Assembly (NCBI GenBank): GCA_044892525.1
Contig: CM097885.1
Coordinates: 8,000,001-8,064,000, forward strand
From: Schmidtea polychroa
Taxonomy: Eukaryota
Direction of reading: 5' to 3'
DNA: 64,000 nucleotides
Under the pieces are notes generated by a model that searched no databases, was not told the origin of the DNA, and saw nothing but the letters and a program-made list of their open reading frames with translations. The translations under genes were made by a program, and so were the position numbers. This document shows positions 14,781-30,170 of this stretch, piece by piece (the first letter of the stretch is position 1; every line of letters starts with the position of its first letter).

Positions 14781-15529
14781 AAAATAAAAAATTTAAATTT
14801 TATATATTTAAATTATAAACTATTAATTGAAAAATTAATATTATTAAATGAAATTTTAACACTATTAAATGCAAAGGTCATACTAATAGATGAGAAACAT
14901 TATAATGTAAATTTTATATAATACTTTTTTGACATGAGATTAGAAAGCTTAATAAATTTTTTTTAACTTAACCATCATATATTTTTTTAAATTAAAATTT
15001 TACATTAAAATTCATTAAATTTATTAAAATTTGTTGTTTTTTGCAAGTAGTTGTAATCCGACCAAAATGACAAAGATTAAAATCATTATCAAAAATAAAT
15101 TTTATCAAAATTGAACTCATGATTCTAATCTAATTCCTTTTGTGATCAGGAAATGCAAATTATGGATCAAATAGTTTGAAACGATTTGAAAATATAAACA
15201 ATTGTTTGGCAGATTTCCAAACTAGTTTAGAATTGTTTTTATTAATTTACTCGGATGATATTTCAACTGGAAATTCTTAATTAACAGAAATACATTGAAA
15301 GGTTTTCAAATAGGATATATTAAGTGTATGTTTGTTTAAATGTAAACATTTTGATGTCAGTACTTTCTGTAGCACCATTTTGAGAAAACAGGTGAAAATC
15401 TCCTTTCTCTCTGAGAGGACCATCTTTACCAATATAAAAATACATCCATTTTTATAGAAATATTTATTTAATTAACAGATTGGTGGAAATTAATTAAATT
15501 AATTAAAATTAATTAAAAATTAATTAACA

Positions 15530-16660
15530 ATATTTCAACAACTTTATTTTGAGAATTCTTATCATTAATGTTAAATGTGAAAATGAATTAATTAGAAACT
15601 TTAATTTTTAATATTTTTTTTACATTACCTTTCATATATAATTTTGTACTCATGCATTGTTCCTGATTAAAATAAAACCGTTAATTCTTTAATTATTTTT
15701 TTCCCTAACCTTTTAACTTATTTCGAATTTGCAGTTTTTTTTTGTTGTAGGAGTAAACTATTTATGATTCTGATAATTTCCCAGTCTTTCTTTTCTTTAT
15801 TTAACTAAGTATTGGTCCAGTGCTCGAAATACATTTACATTTTTGGAAGAGTAAAAATGAAATTTGTCAGTTTATTTTGCATATTTTTAATAATTGTCGT
15901 TAAATTATTCTTAAAACATCATATTAAACACTTTTTACAAAATATTTTATAAATTGTAAATTATGGCAAATAGTAAATTAAATAGTAATTTAACTTTTGA
16001 TAATATTTATTTAATTATTCAAAAATTTAAAAATTAAAATTAACTTGCATTTTTTTGAAATAATTTTGCCATTAAAATCCAAATAAATAATTTAAATTAT
16101 GAAATTTCTATAATTTGTAATAAAATCATAGCAAAGATTTGAATGGAGTAATTAATCATGTCTCTTTGTATGTAAAATCTTGCCAGTATACTGAAAATAC
16201 CAGAAAATACTTTCTCTGTCTGTCCGTCACAATAATTCATCCCAAGCAGTAATAAGTAGTGACGTAACATTTGCACACTTCATTATGACTGTCATTTTAG
16301 ATTAACTGTAATATTTTCAACTTTTAAAACATTTTTGCACTCATTGGTGGAAATTAAAATGTTGCAAATCCAAGAATATTTGAACAACTTTATTTTGAGA
16401 ATTCTTTTTATTAATGTTAAATGTGAAATTGAATTAATTAGAAAAAAGAAACTTTAATTTTTAATTACCTTTTTATACATTACCTTTCATTTAAAATTTT
16501 GTACTCATTCATTGTTTCTGATTAAAATGAAACTGTTAATTCTTTTATTAATTTTTCCAACATATCTCGAATTTGAGGTTCTTTTGCCTTTCAAGTAAAC
16601 TATTTATGATTCTCACAATTTTACAATCTTTATTTTCCTTATTTAACTAAGTATTGGAAA
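15530..16660. repeat. Local direct duplication of ~280 bp (15530-15815 and 16382-16660)
   Basis: The block AACAACTTTATTTTGAGAATTC ... TTAACTAAGTATTGG occurs twice with moderate divergence. Confidence 0.75.
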
Positions 16661-18849
16661 TATATGTAGCAAAATTATGGCATTTGTTTATTAATTAATT
16701 TATTTATTTATTACAATTTTATATAAAAATATTGATGTAACTATTGATCATAAATATTATTACTTTAATTAAAAGTCACTTAATATAATTTAATATGGAT
16801 TTTAATATACAAATTTAACACCAATAATTATTTCAACTAACTGATAACAATTATAACATTTCAACTATATTATTTTTAATATGAGTTTTGGAACTCCTTA
16901 CAATTGCTACCTTGTGATATATAAAAGTAAATTTGGTACTGTTGTCAAATAAATTCTCTTTTATTCTTCTTTTTCAGTTTCCCATTTTTTGTTTCTTTAT
17001 AAATTGTTTATCCTATATTACATTTTATATAATTACTGTGCATTTTCTATAAAATCTGTCATTAGTATCCAAGATAAGCCTTTTATTAAAGTCTGGATAT
17101 ATTAAAATTATTATCATTCAAACGTCTTCAAACTCTTTTAAACCTTTTAGTCTTGACAACTTATTAATGCTTCTAATGGCTTTGAATATTTTGTACATAA
17201 CTTTTCTGTAATAATTGGATAGTCCAAAGGAACTTCTAGCACACTGAGGATTTTTCAAAATTCTTAATCGAGCCTATTTTAAAAGAATTAGTTTTAAACT
17301 GATTAAATTTGAAATAGAAACAATTGGAAAAAAAATCCTTCTAAAAAAGATTTGATTTGTCCTCTAATCATACTATTTTAAAATATTTTTTCTAATATTC
17401 AAATGTATTTTTTTAATGTATATATAATTATAATATATAATAAATACATATTAAATATATAGAAAATACACATATGATATAGGCTGTACCAAAATATCGT
17501 GTTTCTTATATGTTGTTTTGATCCTTATAAATATTAATATGAAAATTATTGAATTAAAATTAAAATCAAAGGTGGCAACAAAGAGATAAATATTATAATT
17601 TTATAATTAAACAAGTACATAGTGTCCCAAAATACGATTACACGTTTTAATATCCTATATTTTCTATGTTATTTTTCTTTTCTAGGTATAACTGATTAAA
17701 TTCTACACTTATCTTATTTAATTTATACATTTAATCTGTAATATATCTAAATATATAATGTTTTTAAAATTACTCAAAGTCACTATATATTTTATTGAAA
17801 CGTTCTGTATGATTAATTGGTATTGTTTTATTATTTCAATTTTGCTTTTAAAAATTAATTCCTTCGAATACTAATACAACAATTACATGATATATGACAT
17901 TTCAAAATAGAATGAAGTTAGTTGAGCTTCATAAAATTGTTTTGCGTGGGAATCTTTGAATATTTACATAGAAATTTGGATTTTAACGGTTGTTTATTAA
18001 GATAATAATTTATTTTAACTTATTAGTCATTTATAAAAGAAAATTTGATTTTCTGGTAATATTAAAACAACGTTGTTAATGAATTCATATCTAAATAATT
18101 TTATTTGATGAATTTTTTATTTAAAATATTAACTTTAAATTTTTATTAAATATTTTTTTAGATTTCATGTGAAAAAAAATGAAAAAAATTGATTTTGTTT
18201 TATTGATTTAAAATTCGATAATAGAAAAACAAAGAAAATTAAAAATGTTATTGTTTAAATGGTTAGAAATTGCAAAATTTTGAAACGTCTGTTTAGTTAT
18301 TTGCTTGGATAAAATCATTAATATCCAGATGTTTCTCCCTGAGCAACGGATTGAATGCAAATTTATCAAATTTGTTATAATTGGAACATAAATATATTTT
18401 AATTATCTGTTGAGAAGATTTTGATTAAATAGAGATTACGATTTTTTAATTAAGTTTTGCACTTTAAAATATTTTTCATAAAGATATTTATAATGAAATC
18501 ATTAGAATCATTTATTTTTTTGGTCACATTTGGTCTGTTTTCATTTTATGAGGAAATCTCATTTATTTTCATTGAGATCAAAAATATGTTATTTAAAGAC
18601 AAAACCAAAAGTTTAAGTTGCATAGAATAAATTTTTGATCTTTTGTTAAAATGAAAACTAATGAAATATTATATTTATAAGTAATATTTTGTATTAATTA
18701 ACACGAATGTTTAAATCAACCTTTTTTGATCGATATTCTGACAAGAAATGAGTGCGTTTGTCGATGAAATTATAAATTAACAAATATTGATCTAACTCCA
18801 ACCGTGTTTTGAATGATAAAGAATATCAAACAATATAAATTTTTATTTA

Positions 18850-20083
18850 CAACCATTTGTATGTAATACAAGCTTCTATAATATAAAAAAACTCAATAAA
18901 GTTATATTATCGAAATACACAAACTGGCATGTGTGTAAAAATTTAATGTTTTATGGACTAAAATCTTTTATATAGAAATTGAAAAGTGGTAGAAGAAATA
19001 AAACACAACTCATAGTAAAATTTACATGTAAACTTTCGATACGTAGAAATATTATAGTATTAATTGGGAAATAAAATGGCAGATAAAATTTAAGTAGATA
19101 AAAAAAATAAACTGCTGAATTCAATGTTTTAAAAATATTGGTTGTTAAGATAAAGAGAAAAATCAGTAAATTATGAAAACGAATTTTATTTTAAATGGTT
19201 ATTATCAAAAACAAAATGTTCATTTAGCTTTATAAATTACAAATCTGGAGAGAAAATCTTAAAAAGTCAAAATTAATTTAAAAATATTAATAAATCTTCG
19301 TCATTTTTCCCAAAATGGATAAATAAATTTAAAATATGTGACTAATAATACAAAACATAAAATTTAAGTTAAAAATTTCAAAATATCCAAGACACATTAA
19401 CCCAGTGGTTTCCAACCCGGAAGGCACGGCCTATGGCTAGGGGAGGCGCCAAAACTTTTGGGTAAAAAGATAATTTTCATACCATAATTATTATTTCGTC
19501 ATTTTAGCACTCTACATTTTGATCTTTCGAACAGCTTACACAAATTGACGCTGCGTGTCTAGGGCATATATTTTACCGCATGAATATTGAATATTTTCTG
19601 TCAAGATTTTGAGGGCACTGTATGCCTCTTTTTATGACTGGTCTAACTTCATTTTGAGATTGTTATTGTAAAATATTGTTACTATGAAGTGCATAATATG
19701 TCGACACACAAACCTGTAACTTAAATAATTAAAAGGTTATGTCGGTTTTTCTAAGCTCCTGGCATTTAAAGACCCCACGCGACCGACGACATAAGAAAAA
19801 TGAGTGCTACCGACGTAGGGTTAATTTGTAATTTAATATACAAATAAATATACATGTTCGTATGTTATAGCAAAACCTTGTTTTTATTCTGTTAATTGTA
19901 GTTTTAATTCTTTTTGTAATAAAGTTATTATTGTTTAAAACGTGTTTATATTATTATATATATTAAAAAAAAAGATAGGGAAGCTCCAAGAAAACTTTTT
20001 TGGGGGGAGGCGCGGTAGCATTAAGGTTGGAAACCGCTGCATTAACCTGTATTATAGATGTTTTTATTCCATGTAAACGGGTG
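18850..20083 (+). mobile_element. ITm-family copy interrupted by a hAT MITE
   Basis: Family-diagnostic left end and right terminus ...GTAAACGGGTG|TA. Confidence 0.7.
19403..20039. mobile_element. Non-autonomous hAT element (637 bp)
   Basis: TIRs CAGTGGTTTCCAACC / GGTTGGAAACCGCTG and an exact 8-bp TSD CATTAACC (19395-19402, 20040-20047). Confidence 0.9.
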
Positions 20084-21282
20084 TATCTAGTCTTATTTAT
20101 TACAACCACACAGACTGATTTGACTCTAACAGTTTTCAGTTTTTTTTGCAACACTTTGTTATTTAATAAACTCAGATTCACGACCACTTAGTAATTGAAT
20201 ATGGTTAAGTATTTCAGAATAGTTAACTTAATTGTTCTCTTTACTTCTCTTTGATTTTTGAAAAATTCACACGACGTCAAATATCAGTTGCTCAAAAAAG
20301 GAATTTTGAAGATTTCTTTTAAATTGTGAATTTTTTTTTATATTTTTGTTAATTTTTTGATTTATTATTTTTCTGAATTTTTCTAGACTGTTTTATTTTT
20401 ATGTTTTGTTAAATATATTTTTTTTTTAATTTTTGTTTTTAATTTTTTATTTCTGATATTGAACAATACTTGTTGATAATTGTGTTGTTCGTCCATAATT
20501 TGCAATAATATCAAATTACATTAACAAATAAATTTTTGGGTGTTTTTGTGTTTTATATTCATTTGTTTTGTTATATCAGACAAATTTACTAAATAATAAT
20601 TATTTGTTTTTATTCGTCGTTTAATTAATTGTTTCTTATGCTATTATCTTTATTTATTGAATATTACTTGAATAATTATTTTATTTTATTAGTTTAGGAA
20701 TTCTCCACAAAAATGAATATAAATTTAATACCAAATAAAATATATTAAAAAATAAATAAATAAAATATATTACTGATAGATATTTATAAATTAATAATTA
20801 TCATTTTTAGAAATTATTTTCTCATCTCCCTGAATATAAGATTTAGAAATAAATAATCTTTTAAATTTGAGTGTAAATGAATAAACATTTTCCATAATAT
20901 ATGTTGATATATTTATCGGATAAAAACTGGGATTTATGAGTCCTGTAAATTTATTTCTCTATGACTTCCTGTCGTTGAATTGTTACTACTTGACCGAACG
21001 TCGTAGAATTAATTTCAAGTAAAGCAGAGAATAAATCAAACAGATAATAAAATATGCACATTTCAGTCGAGTGGCGTCTGAGATTTTTATAATGAAAATT
21101 TGAACGTTTTTTATAAATTTTTTTTTATATGGACAAAAAAAAAGTTTAAGATTTTATTTAAAAAATGTTTAAAATACACAAAATTAAATCACTTATTCAA
21201 AGACAAATAATCAATATATTTTGCGGAGAAAAAATGGTCGATTTCTAGAAAGAAAATTAAATTAATCAATTAAAATTATTAG

Positions 21283-21900
21283 AAAGCGCCACTCAAACAT
21301 TCGTTTTACGATATATTTCGACAGTTTTCCTCTTATCATCAGGTGGAATATAACAACTACAGAAATTATAGATTTTTGAACAAATTTATTAATTATATTA
21401 TTGTTTTTAATAATATGTTTAATATGTTTAAAATAATAAAAATTCTAATTTAAATAATAAATCATTTATTAATTATAACAACCAAAAGCAAGGTAAGTTT
21501 TAAAATATTGAAATTCAAAATTATTTAATTTAACAAAAACAATCCATTAGACGTTAATTTTCGGATTCAATGAATTTATCAATAACGCTTCACAAATTAC
21601 ACGTTCCCAATAATTATTGAAAATTTTTTCATAAAATTTTAAAATCAGATATACATTCGGTTTATAATGTTCTTGATTTCAAATACAGAGATGACGGGAA
21701 GTTTCTCCAATGTATGTGGCATTACACCCATTACATGTAAACTGATAAAGGAGATCAGAACTTATTTTACACAATTTTATAATTTAAATTCCTCAACTGC
21801 TTGTTTATCTTTCTTTCATAATTTGTAGAACTTTCTGAGTACGGCAATGCCAACACAAACAATGACTCGTCATTTTTGCACTCACTATTTAATTTATTTA
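21283..21900 (-). mobile_element. Penelope-like element 3' part: GIY-YIG endonuclease relic, 3' UTR and hammerhead-bearing end
   Basis: Minus strand reads SDLLYQFTCNGCNATYIGETSRHLCI ... WERVICEALLINSLNPKINV, followed by CTGATGA..GGAAAACTGTCGAAATATATC. Confidence 0.8.
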
Positions 21901-22074
21901 ACGTATTATCAAATTCATCAATATCAATAAAATTACACCCAGATTTTTTCCATCATGGACCTTTTAAGGATTTTTAATAAATTTACCATAAATTTAATTT
22001 GTTAATAAAACGCAGAGAAACACTATAAGACATAGATTTAAAGAAAATCAACTGATAATGGTCTCTATACTTTG

Positions 22075-22260
22075 TCCGAAGGTATTTGTGAATTCAAGTA
22101 TAAGAGAAATATGGTGAAGAAATTGATTTATCGTTCATTGTCTTTGTCTTTTACTTTTGTAAATTCAGTAAAAAGTATTGATAAATTGGTTGAATTGTTA
22201 ATGAAGAATGGTTATTCAAAATCCTTTTTATTAATTATGGTAAAAATATCTGTTAATTTA
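22075..22260 (+). pseudogene. Penelope-like RT C-terminal (thumb/linker) fragment
   Basis: CEFKYKRNMVKKLIYRSLSLS...LVELLMKNGYSKSFL fits the PLE YK--L---L--RA...L--NGYP--FI motif. Confidence 0.7.
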
Positions 22261-22903
22261 TAGGCACCTTGTTTTTAATTTAAAAAATCATAATAATTTA
22301 TCTATCGAATGAATGTAATAAATAAACAATGTAATAAATCAAATAGGATTGGTGATTAGAGAAATTGTTATAAATTCCGGTGTATTATTTGACATTGCCG
22401 TGAAAAATCTTAGTTGTAGCAAGAACCGAGTTGAGGTCACTTTTAAAATAAGTTGAAATTATAAAAACATTTTTAAAAAGTGTAAAATGTGAAATACATT
22501 CTAATTTAAATATAAAGTTTAATTAGCACATTATGTAATTTTATTTGAGATTTTTTCCCCATTTATTTCTCTGCATTATTGACAAGAACTTTTTTCATAA
22601 TTAACAGCTATATAAAATGGACAAATCATGAAGTCCACTTGATTTTGACTTTCGAAAATTGACAATTTTAAGTGTGAAGTATAATCATGGACAAAATTGT
22701 GGTTCATTATCAATTAATGAGATTTAGTTTTTTATTTTTTTGTTTAAATTAACACAAAACTTATCTGAAAGATTTATTTTTTTGGGGTTATAAATAATTT
22801 TGATAGGAATATTTTTGTGACCATGTTTACAAGACTAAAAATATATACTTTTAAATTAATTCCGAATTTATTATTTTTCTTCTTATTCTTCTTATTCTTA
22901 TTC

Positions 22904-23102
<199 letters not shown>

Positions 23103-25869
23103 ATATCGATATTTTTTTGATATTCACGAATTTTCGGCACTGCCTTTGATCTAAAGAAAGTTTTTATAATTATTAGTATTATTTAATAAAAAGAGAGTTT
23201 GAAGACTATAAATCAGTAATATATCGATGTTTGTGAATTCATTTTTTAATGTCAAGTTTTTAAAATTTGTTTTTTTATGTTTTAATTTAATTTAAATTAT
23301 TTTGACTTTAATTTATTGTTAGTAAATTTTCCTTTGTTATTAATTACCCCCATTCACCGCTTCTTTGTATGTCCCTATTAAATCCTTGTTGATCTTTATT
23401 GTTATGATTATAAGTTGAGTTTTTCATGCAAAAACATTAATATTTCTAAATTTTTCAATAAGATGTCATCATTAATATATTCTAGATTCATTAAAATTTT
23501 TAATAAGATTTATTTTAATAAACAATTTCTCTCTTCACTAATTTGAAGGAGTAAAATAAATTATACAAATTCAACAAACTACTTACAAAATAGACTTTTA
23601 GTAAAAATTGTGATTTTATAATTTAGCATGTTTTTTTATTATTTAATAAATTCTTCAATCTTTTTCTATAATTGTATTTTTAATTATTTTAAATGTTTTA
23701 TATTCTTCCTATTGATATTTTTATTTTTTTTATTTTCAAAAAATTAATTCTCCCAATCAAAATATATTTAACAGAATTTTCGGCAGAGCCTTTATCAATA
23801 AAAAAATTAAAGGAAATTGAATATTCTTGATATCTATGTCAATTAGTTTTAAAATGATTAATAAAATTCGAGAGTTTGCCGGAAGATTTATTGGTAATAT
23901 TTCTGGGTTTTGTTTTAATTTGAACCCGACCGTGAAATTCATTGTCACATTCAATTTTTCATTATTTTCAGAAAGTGAACCAAATTTCACTGAACAAATA
24001 ATTCAATAATTATGATAAATCACTTTAAAAATCAATAATTATTATCGGATTTTGTTGGGTATTTTTGAGGCATCAATTTGCTCCCATCTCGAAATGGGGA
24101 GCTAATCAACTCGTGGATTTTGTAAATAAATAATTCACTCACTTCACGGGTAAGAGACGTCCACAGTTGTCAGTTTTACTGTTCTCCGTTAACTTATCTC
24201 TCAGCAGACATTTTTTCATAAATGAAAATGAATTAAGTGGATTTAATTTTCAAAGAGATTGTATTCAATAAACACTCTTATAACAATTTCAGTTTTTTTC
24301 CCATAATTTATTTGAAGAAATCTTTTCAATAAAATTAAAAGGATTATTTTTTCGAATAGACAGTAACGAAATTATAATTTAATCTCGATTGAAATTATTA
24401 TTTAATTTCCTTTATATGTTTGATAGGTAGAGAAATAGTTATACTGATCAGTGGTTGCATGATTATTGTATTTCGTCTACTTCAAATGAGTTCAATTTAC
24501 AATATGTAATTCTCATGTCGTATTTATTTTGTCAGAGAATAAATATTGTCATCCGCATTAAACTAGAAAGTGAACTGAAAATTATGCGTCGACATTTGAT
24601 TAATATTGGTAATTTTATCATTTTATAATTTTAATGAAAATAGGGATATTTTGATTTCTTTAAAAATTAAGATTCAGTTTTTGAGTAGTATTCGATAAAA
24701 ATCGCCTATAATATAAAAAATAATCAATAACTTATATTATAATAAACATACAAACGCACTTGTGTGCTGAAAATTCATTAGCAATTACACCTGCCAATTT
24801 ATTAGAGGGTTTTAGAAAGCGTAGAAAACATAAATCGAACACACAAACATAGTACATGCAGTTTCTATAATAAAATAAACATGTAAATAAGCGATAAAAT
24901 ACAACTTTAAATTATGTACCCGTTTTGAGGAAAATTAATTTTTTTAATAAAATTGGAAAACACTTCCCGGACCAGTACTCAAAGTACATTTCGATTTTTG
25001 GAAGACGAAAAAAGAAATTTGTGAGTTTTATTTGTTTATTTTTAATAATTGTTGTTAAATTATTCTTAAAACATCATTTAATGTGAAGGACCAAAGATCC
25101 CTCAATATTGCTTATCCTCGCCTTGGATCAACAAAAGCTAAAAATATTGTATATAACCAAATATTGAAATTAATTTGTGATAACATAATGCATAAAATTA
25201 ATAATTATGAATAGAGAATGTATTTGAAGTAACTAATATAAAATTAATTTAATTAATTGATTGATTTAAAATTTGTCGCATGATTTATGGTAACGGTAAC
25301 AAAATTTAAGAATTCTTACTATTTTAACTAAACATCTAATATAATATATATTAAATTTAATTAATTACACATTTACTACTATTAATATTATTATTTATGT
25401 TTAAGTATTCTCATTAATTAACATTTAATTAGGCCTGTTTAATAATTCAAAGTCTGATAAATTCAAAAATCTATTTTATGAAATAACAGTTCAAGCATTT
25501 ATCTCTTTAGGATCGAATACTATTATGTAATAATGAACAAGAAATATGAGAAATGTTTCAGGCATACAATAACATACACACATGCATCACACCATTTACG
25601 ATAATTATTAATTAGGTAATTTAATTAATAGATTACTTATAGGGCCCAAAGTAAAATTTCCTGAAAGTAAATCTGTAATGTAAAAAGATTGAAGAAAATT
25701 TAAATTGGAAAAAGATTTTTATGAATTTGTGCCACTCATGATAATGATATTATATATCTCATAATGATGGCATAAATTATGTGTGAAATAAAATTTGGAA
25801 TAAATTTTACTTTATAACGTTAAGCATGAATTTTGAAATTAATAATTGTAATGTTATTTATAAATTATA

Positions 25870-26070
25870 AGAAAGCGCCAATCAAACATTCGTTTCACGA
25901 TATATTTCGACAGTTTATATTATATTTTAAATTTCAACATATATAATTAATAATTAATACAATTAATAAATTTGTTTAAAATTCTTAATTTCTATAGTTA
26001 TTATATCCAACCTGATGATGACAGGAAAACTGACGAAATATATTGTAAAACGAATGTTTAATTGGCGCTT
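25870..26070. mobile_element. Inverted pair of Penelope end sequences with a degenerate hammerhead motif (+ strand, 26012-26045)
   Basis: AAGCGCCAATCAAACATTCG...TCGACAGTTT is inverted against AAACTGACGAAATATATTG...TTGGCGCTT; homologous to 21283-21400. Confidence 0.7.
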
Positions 26071-26897
26071 AGCGTTACCATGTATGTTTAATTATTTATT
26101 TATAAATTTTGATTTTCTTTATTTGTATTATATGAATGGTTTTGTATTTGTTCCAAAAGTATATTATTTTGGGTCGGAAAATAAAGGGTTTCTCTAACCC
26201 TGAATTAGACAAATGTTTCCCAAACGTTTTTACCAATCTCCCTATCTTTAGTATCGAATTTCCATTAACTAATAATTATTATCCCATTAGATTCATTGAA
26301 GAGAAAGTGTAATTTGAGACTACTGATTTGATCAATTTGATATTTCCTTTAATATTTGAGTAGGTCTAATTTTCAATGTCGTCTCGGCATTCTCGACAGA
26401 AATCAGATTTCGATTTTCCCAAACATTTACAGTTAAGTGCAATTTTATTTCCAGCAATCAAAGGTAAATATTATCTGTCGGTGCTTTCTACTGAATTTCT
26501 CAATCAAAATTATTTTTATTTTCCCCAGCTGATACTTGAAATCAAAATCTTAAGTGGGAATTTAACCAAAAATTGAGTAAATTTGTTTGAATTTTCCCTG
26601 TCGTCTGAGGAATTATTTGACTGGGAAACGAGTGTGAATCTTGGGGAAAATATCTTGCGATGTGTGAGATTAATTAGCATGGATACATATTATATAATTC
26701 ATCTACAATCTGGTTATGCTGAGACAAGGAAATTTCGACAGGAAAAAATATTATTTCTTCAATTTTTAATTATATACATATTTTACATTTTTCATAAAAT
26801 GAAAATTGAGATCGGATTAATTGAAGACAGAGTAAAGGTTTTCTTTTTACATAAAATTGAGGTTTATCTTCCGAAATAGAGTTTGGTTTTAAAATAC

Positions 26898-27272
26898 CGT
26901 ATTTTTCAAACCATTTTCGTGTTATAAGGCGCAATATCATTGATCGACTGCTAACAGTTTTATTTTCACACATAAGGTGCATAAATTAAATTATTTTTCT
27001 GTTACTTTCTCACTTCCTATATAAAAACTTTTAAGTTTCGGAACATTAAATTTTTACACACAGGTAAGTTTGTGTGTTCCTATACTATAATTTTATCAAT
27101 TTTTTTTAGATTATAGAAACTTTTATATTTCGGATTTAAGTGTAAAATCGGTTCGAGGTTAGAAAGCCAGAAAGCACAACCATATATTAAGCGCACCGCA
27201 TTATAAGGCGCTCTGACGATTTTTCAGAAAATGAAAGGATTTTAAGTGCGCCTTGTGGTCCGAAAAATACGA
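26898..27272. mobile_element. pogo/Tc2-like MITE containing an ITm-family fragment (~26985-27142)
   Basis: TA-CCGTATTTTTC ... GAAAAATACG termini and internal TATAAGGCGC repeats. Confidence 0.55.
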
Positions 27273-28039
27273 TACTATTATTCGCTGGGAAAGGTTTCTT
27301 GTTAGTCACAGATTACGTGACTATTATTATATAATTACTTGACTTATGAAATATTTAGAATTTTACAATAACCTTTAATTTTAATCGGCAACATGACATT
27401 TTTTATTTTAATACAACTGTTAACATGGAATAATTACATCAATAATTCAGGTCGGTGTGTAAACCAAATGTATTTGTCATCATTGTAATTACTTCTTAAT
27501 ATTTATGGATTTTTTGAAAACATTTTGGAAATGGCCATCAAAATAAGAGAAAAAAATATATTTTAGGGCTTCAATTCTGATACAATAATAATATGAGATA
27601 TTCAAGTTTATAAATATTTCTTGTATGATACATTTCAATTTTAATTTCTTTTTCAGCATTTTTATGAAATTTTGCATAAAATTTTGAATTTATTTCGAAG
27701 TTAGATATAATTATATTATAATTTATTAAAAATAATAAAATTAATCTTTAAAGATTTCAATTTTAATACATTTCGGAAAGATTTCATTAACTAATTCTAA
27801 TAATTTACTTCCATGTTCCTTGAAACTCATTGTTTTCCGCCAACTCTTTCTCTTTTGATATTTGACCAAATATTTTATATTTCTAAATTCAACCCCTGAC
27901 TATACTTTTGAAAAATCCTAAAAACTTCCAAAATCATAACAATCTTCACCATTTGCATTGGCATGGATGATTGTGGATTTGTCACATTGTAAAATTCTAT
28001 CACAATGTTATTTTTTTAACTCTATTTAAAAAACCTTAC

Positions 28040-28440
28040 AATTAACATCTTCTTACTGAATGTTTTCAGATATATCTGATATGTTGTAAAAATTATTAAA
28101 TTTATTAAAACTATAAAACGAAATTTCATTTTCTTGGCAACTCAATTTAGCGTTGTCTGAATTTTTAATAAAATTCTTTTCCGCCATTTTATTTCATGAA
28201 ATATTTCGATAATTATAATTTAAAATGTAATTATTTCATGCAATAGTTCTACATAATGAAAGTTTGTAAACATGTTTTAATATATGTTAAATATTTTTTC
28301 GACCACTTTCTAAATTTCTATAATAAATATTATTAATCGTGAAACATTAAAATTCAACACACGAGTAAGTTTGTGTGTTTCCATAATATAACTTTATTGG
28401 TTTTTCTATATTATAGATTTTATTATTCGTGCAAACAAGT
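28040..28440 (-). mobile_element. ITm-family partial copy
   Basis: Similar to 12250-12750 (ACAC..GTAAGTTTGTGTGTT block and the transposase start region). Confidence 0.6.
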
Positions 28441-28685
28441 ATATTATATGATAATCATTTTTTTTTCAATCAAATAACTCATAAGTTGTTTAATTTCATC
28501 AATTAGGTCTTTCAAAACTGCTACGTATTATATTACGTATTATATGCTTATTTTTTCATTTATTTAACTTATTGATTTGAATTTCTGCCTAATAGTCATG
28601 GTTACGCTAACTCAATTTGAAAATAAATTCAAATAATATTATTATTAATATTGTTATAACTATTATTACAAAATTATTATTCCAG

Positions 28686-29048
28686 ATCAAAATAAGTTGT
28701 TAAACCATCGAGGTGAAGCAAACACAATTACCAATATCACAAACGTTAATTCAATTAATCCTAAATCCAGTGAAGAGAGCATTCAGAAATCCACTTCTTT
28801 CATTGTCACAGTTGCTGGTTGCGTGTTCGGATTCATTATTTTGATAATAAATGTGTTGACGTTTGTTATCTGTTACAAGAAGAAACAGGAAAGAATTCGA
28901 AAAAGGCGACAAAGCAAAGAAGTTCAGTCAACTGACGAGAGACAAACAGAGAATTTGTCTAAGTACGATTCATCGCTGATGGAGAATCATCTTTATGACG
29001 GCTCGATTCTTGCTGCATCCGATTCGTGCTTCGTAGGAGAACTTCGAG
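28686..29048 (+). CDS. Nephrin-like gene exon (stalk, transmembrane helix, basic stop-transfer, start of tail)
   Basis: TCCAG acceptor and GTAAG donor, phase 1 to 1. FIVTVAGCVFGFIILIINVLTFVICYKKKQER is a hydrophobic TM segment with an internal Asn, as in the nephrin/sns family. Confidence 0.85.
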
Positions 29049-29400
29049 GTAAGCAATTTTGTTTTCAATTTTAACTAAAAGAACGTCTACTGAGAATAGC
29101 CGTTTAAATTGAAAATTTCTGTGAAATTTCATTTTTTAAATAATCGATATTTCACGGAATAGTATGAATTGAAATTTTAATTAAATTAATCAAATTGCAT
29201 TGATCGTTTTCCATTTAATTTTATGATTTTATTTAAAATTTTTCTTAATATTTTCTTTTTTATTTGGTGAGATTTAATTTGAAAAAGTTAATTTTAAAAA
29301 ATTATTTAAAAAAAATTTATCTTTTTCACCAATGATCTTTTTTTATTTATATATATATAATTGTTGATTATATTTTATTGATTATCTAAGAAATCATCAT

Positions 29401-29570
<170 letters not shown>

Positions 29571-29879
29571 TGATGATTTATAATTTTATTAAAATTTGGG
29601 TCTTTAAATCATCAAAAATCGGGAGTGAAATTAATAAATTCTTTGAATAATTATCAGTTTTTTTGCTAAATAGTTATTTTGTCAAAAGATTCAATGAAGC
29701 ATGGTGAGCACCAAGATAATTAATCAAGCGTCAATTGACATATTAGTTATTCAGCGTCAATTGCACTTCAGTGCTATCTACTGTGCCATCCAATTATTTT
29801 TCTCTGCTAATTATTTATATTTTCGAAAATCTAAATTTTTTTATTTTTATTATTAAATGAATTACATCTTTTTTTGTGG

Positions 29880-30170
29880 AAATATATCTTGTTTCATCCG
29901 TAACGTTCGATTCTCTAGGTTGTGGGAAGGTGTTTCCGTTGTCAACATTTGAAACTTTCACAGGTCTGTCAGGATTTTCCAAATCAAAGACATTAGTTTG
30001 TTCACTTTTAAAAGCGCGAATCCAGTTGTAAATGATTGTTTTACAAGGGCACTCACTCTTGTAAACATCCTGCAATTGTGCAATAATTCCTTGGCACCTA
30101 GTTTTCTCCAATAGCAGATTCGAAATTTAACATTTTCTGACTCAATAATGAAATAGTGCAGTTTCTTTTT
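29880..30170 (-). pseudogene. mariner transposase relic (HTH fused by deletion to the VT-DET region)
   Basis: IIAQLQDVYKSECPCKTIIYNWIRAFKSEQTNVFDLENPDRP ... VTDETRY. Confidence 0.75.

Noticed and set aside
26455..26463. Possible 9-nt microexon (CAG|CAATCAAAG|GTAAAT)
   Set aside because: Such short matches are expected by chance in a 23-kb intron.
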